Shown here in pieces: positions 1-6,935 of a DNA stretch of 32,719 bases. Below the pieces are notes generated by a model. That model searched no databases. It saw only the letters and a list, made by a program, of their open reading frames with translations, and was not told the DNA's origin. A program made the translations under genes and the position numbers. Origin of the DNA: Desulfarculaceae bacterium (GTDB taxonomy: Bacteria > Desulfobacterota > Desulfobacteria > Desulfobacterales > Desulfobacteraceae); NCBI GenBank assembly GCA_021737205.1, contig JAIPEK010000001.1, positions 1 to 32,719 on the forward strand, read 5' to 3'. How positions within the stretch are numbered: position 1 is the stretch's first letter; every line of letters begins with the position of its first letter.

Positions 1-2
1 TT

Positions 3-809
3 TACTCCTTTACCGACGAGATCAAGGTGCCCACCGCGGAATACATCCATATCCTTGACGAGCGGGGATTCGACCGTTCCAGAATGGGGGTGATCAAAAG
101 AGGGTTTGATGTGGAAGTTCCGACCCTCTCCCGTAAAGAGAGAAGAAAATTCCTGGATGAACTGGGCATTCCGGAAGGGATTACCCTCCTTTTCGCAGGG
201 AGGGTCAGCCGGGACAAAAATATCGACTTTCTCACCGAGGTGTACAAAAAGGTGTTGAAAACCCAGCCGGAGGTCAACCTGGTCATTGCCGGAAACGGAC
301 CGGACCTGGAACGGATGAAGGCGGTGATGCACGGGTATGACCGGGTATTTTTCACAGGCCGTATCCCCAACGAGAAACTGTTGAAACTCTATACCTGCTC
401 GGACATCTTCGCCTTTCCCAGCACCACGGACACCTTCGGGATGGTGGTTCTCGAGTCCCTGGCCTGCGGTCTTCCCGCCCTTGTATCCGACACCGGCGGG
501 CCCAAGGAAATCGTACAAGACAAAATCAACGGGCATGTTCTGCCGGTGTCCGACACCGGAGAATGGGCCGGAAAGATCCTTGAACTCATCCGTATGATCC
601 GGGAGAAAGACCCGGCCTATGCCGCCATGTGTGAAAGGGCCCGGGAACATGTGATAGAGCACTACTGCTGGGACGAAGCGCTCAATGATATCCTCGGCAG
701 CCGAAAATCCGAAACCGCCCATGACCGGGAAATCAGAGGCAAAAAGCGCAATGACCTGCCGGCCGGAACCGATCCGGCACCCGGGCAAAAGGAGTTCGCA
801 GTTGCCTGA
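3..809 (+). CDS. Glycosyltransferase family 4 (GT-B, group 1), C-terminal part; the 5' end lies outside the window
   Basis: The frame is open from the window edge. Motifs LLFAGRVSRDKNIDFL, VIAGNGPDLERM and FAFPSTTDTFGMVVLESLACGLPALVSDTGGPKEIV match the nucleotide-sugar-binding half of GT4 enzymes (SQD2/MgtA-like). Confidence 0.8.
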   Translation, partial: YSFTDEIKVPTAEYIHILDERGFDRSRMGVIKRGFDVEVPTLSRKERRKFLDELGIPEGITLLFAGRVSRDKNIDFLTEVYKKVLKTQPEVNLVIAGNGPDLERMKAVMHGYDRVFFTGRIPNEKLLKLYTCSDIFAFPSTTDTFGMVVLESLACGLPALVSDTGGPKEIVQDKINGHVLPVSDTGEWAGKILELIRMIREKDPAYAAMCERAREHVIEHYCWDEALNDILGSRKSETAHDREIRGKKRNDLPAGTDPAPGQKEFAVA

Positions 810-2043
810 ATCCCTTTTCCGCTTATTGCAGGGCAAAGTGCCGGGCCAGGTGGTGGTTCAATTCACCGACGCCTGCAACGCCGCCTGCGCCCAGTGCGGC
901 ATGCGGGTGACCAACCGGTTCGAGCGCTCCACCCTGCCTCTGGAGGAAGTGAAAAAATCCATTGATGCGGCAGCTGAAAAAGGGGTACAGGCAATCTCTT
1001 TTACCGGCGGAGAACCCCTACTGTTTCCCGATGCCCTGGTGGAGATGATCAACCATGCCGGAAAAAGCGGCATTCAATATATCAGGACCGGCACCAACGG
1101 TTTTGTGTTTCGATTCAAAGGTAATGAGAACAGATTCAAATACCGGATGGAAAAACTGGCCGAAACCCTTGCCGCAACTGAGCTTCGAAACTTCTGGATC
1201 AGCATCGACTCTGCCGACGGCGCCCTGCACGAAAAAATGAGAGGACTTGACGGGGTCATCCGGGGCATAGAAAAAGCGCTGCCCATCTTTCACCGGCACG
1301 GCCTGTATCCGTCCGCCAATCTTGGCATCAACCGCTATACCGGAGGAGAAGATCTTGACCTCGTGTTAACGGGAGATTCAAAAGCGGCAAAGGAACAATT
1401 CTACTCCGGTTTCAGGCAGGCTTTTTCACGGTTCTACACGTTTGTGGAGAATCTGGGATTTACCATTGTCAATGCCTGTTATCCCATGAGCCTGGAAGAT
1501 GAGTCCCATGCCGTGTATTCAGCCTCCTCCACCGACCGGATGGTCAATTTCACTGCAGAGGAAAAACACCTCATATTCCGGGCGCTCAAGGATACCATCC
1601 CGAAATTCCGTTCCAGAATCCGGATCTTTTCGCCCACTTCCTCCCTGCATTCCCTTGAAAAGCGGTACAACGGTTCATTGCGCCGCCCGATCCCCTGTCT
1701 GGGCGGCATAGACTTTTTCTTCATCGATGCGAAAGACGGCAACACCTATCCATGCGGGTACAGGGCCTGTGACAATCTGGGAAAATTCTCCGACTTCAAC
1801 CCGGATACGGTGGACCGGAAAAGCGTTTGCACCCTTTGCGACTGGGAATGTTTCCGGGATCCGTCCGAGCTGTTCTTTCCGATCACTTCCCTTTTTACCG
1901 CCCCCCGAAAGCTTGCTGCCAAAACACGGGAAGATCCCGCCTTTTTCCGGCACTGGATATCCGATCTTTTATACTACCGGGCCTGCCACTATTTCAACGG
2001 CAGGCAAAATACCGACAAAAACCGATTGACCCGGTTTCGGTAA
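802..2043 (+). CDS. Radical SAM protein with a Cys-rich (SPASM/twitch-like) C-terminal region
   Basis: CX3CX2C motif (FTDACNAACAQCGM) followed by GGEPLL. The C-terminus has C-x18-C with GNTYPC, then CTLCDWEC. The best start is TTG at 802, 7 nt after AAAAGGAG, overlapping the GT4 stop by 8 nt. In-frame ATGs at 721 and 751 are alternatives, so the start is uncertain. Confidence 0.8.
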   Translation: MPESLFRLLQGKVPGQVVVQFTDACNAACAQCGMRVTNRFERSTLPLEEVKKSIDAAAEKGVQAISFTGGEPLLFPDALVEMINHAGKSGIQYIRTGTNGFVFRFKGNENRFKYRMEKLAETLAATELRNFWISIDSADGALHEKMRGLDGVIRGIEKALPIFHRHGLYPSANLGINRYTGGEDLDLVLTGDSKAAKEQFYSGFRQAFSRFYTFVENLGFTIVNACYPMSLEDESHAVYSASSTDRMVNFTAEEKHLIFRALKDTIPKFRSRIRIFSPTSSLHSLEKRYNGSLRRPIPCLGGIDFFFIDAKDGNTYPCGYRACDNLGKFSDFNPDTVDRKSVCTLCDWECFRDPSELFFPITSLFTAPRKLAAKTREDPAFFRHWISDLLYYRACHYFNGRQNTDKNRLTRFR

Positions 2044-2248
2044 AAGACCTGCTGCATATCAAACCGGTCAGTTTACAGTAACCTTGACCGCCCTTCAATT
2101 CCCCTGCCAGGCAGCTTGAAAAAGACAGGCCGATAAAAATACAATTTTATCTCTGCTGTAACGCCCGGCTAATACATTCTGGATAATATGCAGACCTGAA
2201 CAAAGCGAGGTTTTTGATTATACAGAACACACTCCATCAGGAGAACAC

Positions 2249-3148
2249 ATGAAACTGTCAAAAGAAATCAACCTGCTGATTGTGGGGGGAATGGCAATAC
2301 TTGGAATCCTGTTTGCCGCCATCAACGTCTATACCATCAACAAAAACAGCAAAGCGGAGATGAACCATTTGAGTTCCCTTCTGAAAAGCGAAAGGGAAAG
2401 CAAACTCAGGGATCTTGTATACAGTGCCTATTCGGTCCTTGACACGGCCAATTTTTACGAACCCGCCCAGGCTGCATTAAGTGAAATGCGGTTCGGAAAA
2501 AAACGCCAGAACTATTTCCTGGTGGTGGACACCGACGGCATGGTCTGGGTCAACCCGGTCCGGCCGGAAAGCGTAGGCAAAGTTAAACTTGACATGGAGG
2601 ATGCCGCAGGCAAACCGTATATCCGGGAAATCATCGACAAGGCCATGCTCCAGAGCGAAGGTTTCGTCAACTACAGGGAAACCCCGGAAGGTGCGGAAAA
2701 ACCAGTGACCAGGATGACGTATTACAAACACTTCAAGGAATGGGACTGGATCGTCTGCGCCGGCATGTACATGGATGATATCAACAGGCTCCTTTCCGCA
2801 AAACAGGATGAAATCAAGCAGTCCATGTTATTCAGGGTGATACTCATCACCGCCCTTGTCATTCTTACCGTGATCATGGGAATCACGGTAGCCACTTATG
2901 TCATATCAAAGCGGATTATCAATCCGCTTGTACACATATCGGATGCAGCCGGCAGAATCGGCATGGGGGATTTCAGCAATGATATCAACGTAAATGCAAG
3001 CACGGAAATCAACCAGCTTGCCGGATCCGTGATGATGATGCAGAAAAACCTGGAAATCGCCATTCGCCGTGCCAAAAATAGAAGCTCCTCTTATAAAAAT
3101 ACATCCGGAGCTTCGGATCGGATCCGGGAAAACGAACTTCAAAACTGA
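2249..3148 (+). CDS. Membrane sensor with N-terminal TM helix, periplasmic single-Cache (sCache_2-like) domain, second TM helix and HAMP domain; no recognisable output domain
   Basis: RBS AGGAG lies 6 nt before the ATG. Cache-like core: NYFLVVDTDGMVWVNPVRPESVGK ... GFVNYRE ... YYKHFKEWDWIVCAGMYMDDI. A hydrophobic helix is followed by the HAMP-like PLVHISDAAGRIGMGDFSNDINVNASTEINQLAGSVMMMQKNL. The ORF ends about 35 aa later. Confidence 0.7.
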   Translation: MKLSKEINLLIVGGMAILGILFAAINVYTINKNSKAEMNHLSSLLKSERESKLRDLVYSAYSVLDTANFYEPAQAALSEMRFGKKRQNYFLVVDTDGMVWVNPVRPESVGKVKLDMEDAAGKPYIREIIDKAMLQSEGFVNYRETPEGAEKPVTRMTYYKHFKEWDWIVCAGMYMDDINRLLSAKQDEIKQSMLFRVILITALVILTVIMGITVATYVISKRIINPLVHISDAAGRIGMGDFSNDINVNASTEINQLAGSVMMMQKNLEIAIRRAKNRSSSYKNTSGASDRIRENELQN

Positions 3149-3200
3149 AATATCAGCGTATCAACACATAATTTACAATACATCAAGAAAGGAGTTTGGT

Positions 3201-4373
3201 ATGGGTAAACTGAAGCAGGTGGCAATAATCGGTATATGTATGTTTCTTGTCTTTACCGCCCGGCCCGGATCGGCAGCGGAAAGCCTTATGATCCGGGGAT
3301 CCACCACGGTATATCCGGTTGCGGAAGAATCGGCCCGAAGTTTCATGAAAATGAACCCGGAAATCAATATCCAGGTCAGAGGTACCGGTTCCGGTGACGG
3401 GATTGCCGCCCTGATCAACGGCGACACGGATATTGCGACCTCGTCCAGATGGATCAAGGACGAGGAAATCAAAATGGCCCTTGAAAAAGGAATTTTGCCC
3501 GTACCCTTCCAGGTGGCCTACGACTGCATCATTCCGGTTGTCCATCCATCAAATACGTTGAAAAATATCAGCATGGAGAACCTGAAAAAAATTTACAGCG
3601 GGCAAATCACCAACTGGAGCCAGCTCGGGAGACAAAACAGACCGATCAAGGTCTACTCAAGGGATACGTCATCCGGGACATACGGTGTGTGGAAGAAAAG
3701 AGTGATGAAGGGCGCCCCATTTTCCCCCGGGCTGAACCTGACCGAAGGAAACACGGAAATGAAAGAGGCGGTGGCCAATGACAAAAACGCCATCGGATAT
3801 ATCGGAATGGGTTACTTGAACTCATCGGTCCGGGCACTTGCCATCGACGGAGTCCAAGGCTCGCTTGAAACCGCGCTTAACGGCTCGTATCCCGTGGCAA
3901 GACCTCTTTTCATGCTCACCAAGGGATGGCCTGAAGGCCGGATCAAAAGATTCATCAGCTTTGTAATGGAGCCCAACCTCGGCCAGAGGGTGGTGAAACG
4001 GGTTGGATACCTGGAACTGTACAGCTCCAAGCATATCCTACCGGCGCCGGAACCCGAACCCTGCGTCTCCGGCAAAAACGTGGCCAAGGCGACGGTGAAT
4101 TCATCCAAAATGGACAAACCCGCTTTGACGCTGTACAAAAATTACAAGGAGATGAACTGGAACGGAAAGGTGGAACGCCTTCAGCGCAACCTTCACAAAC
4201 TCGGATATAAAGTGGGGCCGATCGACGGTCTTTGGGGCCCCAAAACCCTCCAGGCCTACAACAGCTTCCTTGAAGACAACAACCGGAAAACCGACGGTAT
4301 TGTCACCTACGAACGCCTGCAGCTCATGGAGCTGAACCTAAATCAGGCCCTGTTCAACAAACTCAGCACCTGA
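3201..4373 (+). CDS. PstS-family (PBP_like_2) periplasmic substrate-binding protein fused to a C-terminal peptidoglycan-binding (PG_binding_1-like) domain
   Basis: RBS AAGGAG lies 7 nt before the ATG at 3201, so the track ORF from 3069 is an upstream extension. There is a signal peptide (MGKLKQVAIIGICMFLVFTARPGSAA). PstS-like motifs: IRGSTTVYPV, VRGTGSGDGIAALINGDTDIATSSR, YSRDTSSGTY. The C-terminus LQRNLHKLGYKVGPIDGLWGPKTLQAYNSF is typical of PG_binding_1. Confidence 0.75.
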   Translation: MGKLKQVAIIGICMFLVFTARPGSAAESLMIRGSTTVYPVAEESARSFMKMNPEINIQVRGTGSGDGIAALINGDTDIATSSRWIKDEEIKMALEKGILPVPFQVAYDCIIPVVHPSNTLKNISMENLKKIYSGQITNWSQLGRQNRPIKVYSRDTSSGTYGVWKKRVMKGAPFSPGLNLTEGNTEMKEAVANDKNAIGYIGMGYLNSSVRALAIDGVQGSLETALNGSYPVARPLFMLTKGWPEGRIKRFISFVMEPNLGQRVVKRVGYLELYSSKHILPAPEPEPCVSGKNVAKATVNSSKMDKPALTLYKNYKEMNWNGKVERLQRNLHKLGYKVGPIDGLWGPKTLQAYNSFLEDNNRKTDGIVTYERLQLMELNLNQALFNKLST

Positions 4374-4418
4374 TGCCCTCTCAAAGGTGCTCCTCGACTT
4401 CACGCCTTACCAGCCCAT

Positions 4419-4460
4419 CGTCAGGTGGGACCATGCGGTCGCACCTGACGCCCTTTTGTT
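4419..4460 (+). terminator. Candidate intrinsic terminator after the PstS-like gene
   Basis: A 9-bp stem CGTCAGGTG / CACCTGACG (4419-4427 and 4442-4450) with a 14-nt loop, followed by CCCTTTTGTT. Confidence 0.45.
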
Positions 4461-4578
4461 ATCGCCTTTTCCCTAGCCGGATTTTAACGGCCCGGCCATA
4501 CAACCCCAATACGAATGCGGTACAAGAACAATCAGCAGCATCAGTTCATTGCAACCTACACATCAACGGAGGATGAAA

Positions 4579-4980
4579 ATGGATGCCGAACAAGTCTATA
4601 TGAATTCAGACCAGCTCGCCTATTTCAAGAATAAACTCTTCTCGCACAGAGAGGAACTTTCGGAAAAAATCAGCCGGACAGTCAAAAAAATCCAGCAGCT
4701 TAAATCCTCGGATGCGGACATTCTCGACAGGAGCAACGTGAACATTCACATTGAGCGGGAAGTGAAAGCATCCGAGCGGTACAGCCGATATCTGAGAAAC
4801 ATTGAAACCGCGCTTTCCAAAATCGAGGACGGCAGCTACGGTTTCTGTGAACTGACCGGGACGAAGATCGGACTGAAGCGCCTTCAAGCCCAACCGTGGG
4901 CGACTTTGTCCATCAAGGCGCTCGAGGAACTTGAAGAGGCTCGGCAAAAGGGACGTCCGGTTTCAAAGGCCTTTGCCTGA
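4579..4980 (+). CDS. DksA/TraR-family RNA polymerase-binding protein, Cys-depleted (zinc-finger-less) variant
   Basis: Coiled-coil region with a DILDRS tip motif (DxxDxS). The C-terminal YGFCELTGTKIGLKRLQAQPWATLSIKALEE is collinear with the DksA C4 finger but keeps only 1 of 4 Cys. RBS ACGGAGG lies upstream; ATG at 4573 or 4579. Confidence 0.7.
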   Translation: MDAEQVYMNSDQLAYFKNKLFSHREELSEKISRTVKKIQQLKSSDADILDRSNVNIHIEREVKASERYSRYLRNIETALSKIEDGSYGFCELTGTKIGLKRLQAQPWATLSIKALEELEEARQKGRPVSKAFA

Positions 4981-5712
4981 TTGCAACTCGACCGCTTCCG
5001 AGTAATCCAAATACCGGCTGTAAGATCTAAGATGACGGCGAAGATCCCCGAAAAGGGCAAGACGGATATCTTCCGGATGGATGGCGATCCGGGTACAGCA
5101 AGCAGGGCAGGTCATGTTCACCGTATTCAAAAATCGAAGCGCGGTCGCCCGGAAGGAAGTGTCAGCCATGTATCCGGTGACCGGCATTGGATAGAACCTT
5201 CCCGTAACCGTATCCCGAATCCCTGTCTGGGTTTCGTACATTCGGTACTGCAGTCTTTTCAGGCGTCTTACGGATATACCGCCCATGGCCCAAGCAGGAG
5301 GGACGTACAGAAGCGGCTGTTCAAGCCCTGCCGAGGAAAACCAGTCGAAACATTGAAGCATCAGATTCTCAATTTCAGATGACGAAAGAACGAGGTGTTC
5401 GGCCTCGTTCCCGGAGATCAGAAGACCGTGCAGCCGATGGCGGAAACCTGCAAAACGGTCGGCTTCATGCCGCCATCCGTGGCCGGCCAGGGGATACCCG
5501 GCCCACTGAAGGGATTTCACTTCCCTGATGGCGGTGCGGGACCAACTCCGCCCCGGTGTCACCAGGAGGGTTACCGGAAAGACCTTTTCCTTTTCCAGAA
5601 ACCGAACCGTTTCCAACACCTGAGCCAGGGTTTCCGGCATAACATCGTGGATGGAAACAAGTGCGCCGGTCCCTGATCGTCTGCTGCAGGCAAATGGAAC
5701 AAAGACTTTCAT
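4963..5712 (-). CDS. DUF2334 / polysaccharide deacetylase-like protein
   Basis: The pattern VSIHDVMP ... TLLVTPG ... GYPLAGHGWRHE ... YVPPAW resembles the DUF2334 predicted deacetylase family. The call rests on recalled family motifs only. Confidence 0.45.
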   Translation of the reverse strand: MKVFVPFACSRRSGTGALVSIHDVMPETLAQVLETVRFLEKEKVFPVTLLVTPGRSWSRTAIREVKSLQWAGYPLAGHGWRHEADRFAGFRHRLHGLLISGNEAEHLVLSSSEIENLMLQCFDWFSSAGLEQPLLYVPPAWAMGGISVRRLKRLQYRMYETQTGIRDTVTGRFYPMPVTGYMADTSFRATALRFLNTVNMTCPACCTRIAIHPEDIRLALFGDLRRHLRSYSRYLDYSEAVELQSGKGL

Positions 5713-5734
5713 ATAACTTATGCCCTGACAGGCT

Positions 5735-5832
5735 CAACGAATGATGAAAGATCACCATGAAGGACATGAAGAGCATGAAGTTTTTTCTTCAGTTCCTTCA
5801 TGGTCTTCATGGTGAAAATCGCTTTTCTTTCA
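5735..5832. repeat. Compound-hairpin repeat element, copy 1
   Basis: CAACGAATGATGAAAGATCACCATGAAGGACATGAAGAGCATGAAG-TTTTTT-CTTCAGTTCCTTCATGGTCTTCATGGTGAAAATCGCTTTTCTTTCA. It aligns with the copies at 9081-9201 and 18798-18909. Arms built from CATGAAG units can pair with inverted CTTCATG units. Confidence 0.85.
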
Positions 5833-6934
5833 AGGAACAGAAAAGGTCGATCCACTGGGAAAGGGTTTTCCGGTTGAACTCCAATGCGGTCCGCCGGGCG
5901 ATTTCGGATCTTTCAAGCCTTTGGCAAACCGGTTTGTCCGAAATTCTTTTAACGGCCTCAGCCAGGGATTCCTCCACCCCGATGGCATATACCCCTTCAG
6001 CCAGGTCCGGCCAGTTAAGGATCCCGCAATTGTCCGACACCAGGACCAGGCGCCTGCGGGCCATGGCCTCCAGAGCTATGGTGCCGAACGATTCCACCCT
6101 CGACGGCAAAAGCAGCATATCCGAAGCATCGATCGCCTGTTTGACACCGGGTCTGGAGACCCATCCCATATACTCGACATTGGGGCAAGAGCAGGCCGTT
6201 TCTATCACCAGGTCCCGCAAAGGACCGTCTCCTGCGATCAAAAACCGGGTTTCCGGAAGTGCTCGTGCCGCCTCAAGAACCTCCTGTATATTTTTCTCCG
6301 GAGCCAGCCGCCCGGCGTAACAGACCGTGGAAAGACCCGTTGACACAGGAGGCGGCGGGTCATCGGTAAAGGTCCCGGCAATGGGGGTTCCGATCGTTTT
6401 CACCCTGTACGCGCCGTGGTTTCGGGCGGCATGGATCATTTTTTCGCTGTTTCCCACCACCATGGCGCTGGAACAAAAGAACAGGCGATTGACCGATTTC
6501 ATGTACAATCTGCCGAAGATACTGAAAACAGAGTTCCAGTACATTCGGGACAACTGGTCGATCTCGGTGTGATACCCGGAGCAGATCGGGATATTCAGAT
6601 ACCGGGCGATGACGAACCCCGTCACCCCGTAAGGGCCCGGTGTCGGAAGGACGATCAGGTCCGGCGCCAAGTCGTTCACCTTCTGCCAGATATTGGTGAC
6701 CCTGGGCAGATACAGGCGCTGGGTGGCATCCCCGGGCATCGGCAGGGTAACCTCGTGGGCGCACGAGTCGCCCTCCGTCCCCGGACTCACAAGCTCTGCA
6801 TGTTCCACATGAACGGTCAGGTGTTCCACAAGATCGGCATAATAGGCCCCCACCCCGTTTCTCCCGGCAATGGCGTCCGACAGAAACAGGATTTTCAGGG
6901 GATGTTTGTTGAAAGATCGACTCCTGCTGATCAT
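5807..6934 (-). CDS. Glycosyltransferase family 4
   Basis: N-terminal LKILFLSDAIAGRNGVGAYY. C-terminal half YAGRLAPEKNIQEVL, FLIAGDGPLRDL, LLLPSRVESFGTIALEAMARRRLVLVSDNCG. The start is taken at the ATG (MISRS...) 1 nt after the upstream gene's stop; the track start at 7000 overlaps that gene. Confidence 0.8.
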   Translation of the reverse strand: MISRSRSFNKHPLKILFLSDAIAGRNGVGAYYADLVEHLTVHVEHAELVSPGTEGDSCAHEVTLPMPGDATQRLYLPRVTNIWQKVNDLAPDLIVLPTPGPYGVTGFVIARYLNIPICSGYHTEIDQLSRMYWNSVFSIFGRLYMKSVNRLFFCSSAMVVGNSEKMIHAARNHGAYRVKTIGTPIAGTFTDDPPPPVSTGLSTVCYAGRLAPEKNIQEVLEAARALPETRFLIAGDGPLRDLVIETACSCPNVEYMGWVSRPGVKQAIDASDMLLLPSRVESFGTIALEAMARRRLVLVSDNCGILNWPDLAEGVYAIGVEESLAEAVKRISDKPVCQRLERSEIARRTALEFNRKTLSQWIDLFCSLKEKRFSP

Positions 6935-6935
6935 A

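Noticed and set aside
685-801. N-terminal extension of the radical SAM ORF (track start 685)
   Set aside because: It overlaps the GT4 gene by 125 nt in another frame. A TTG at 802 with a well-spaced AAAAGGAG gives a normal distance of about 20 aa to the CX3CX2C motif. ATG 721 and 751 remain possible.
3069-3200. Upstream extension of the PstS-like ORF overlapping the Cache-HAMP gene, and the idea of a frameshifted fusion
   Set aside because: The ATG at 3201 has a strong RBS and is immediately followed by a signal peptide. A fusion would place a signal peptide in the middle of a protein.
4373-4576. 67-aa ORF in the PstS / DksA intergenic region
   Set aside because: It spans the terminator hairpin, has no RBS and has a Ser/Pro/Thr-rich, non-protein-like composition.
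4963-4980. Convergent 3'-end overlaps (dksA-like / DUF2334 by 18 nt; dat / acnA by 17 nt at 28520-28536) as regulatory antisense arrangements
   Set aside because: Short convergent overlaps are common in compact genomes. Nothing in the sequence indicates a specific function.
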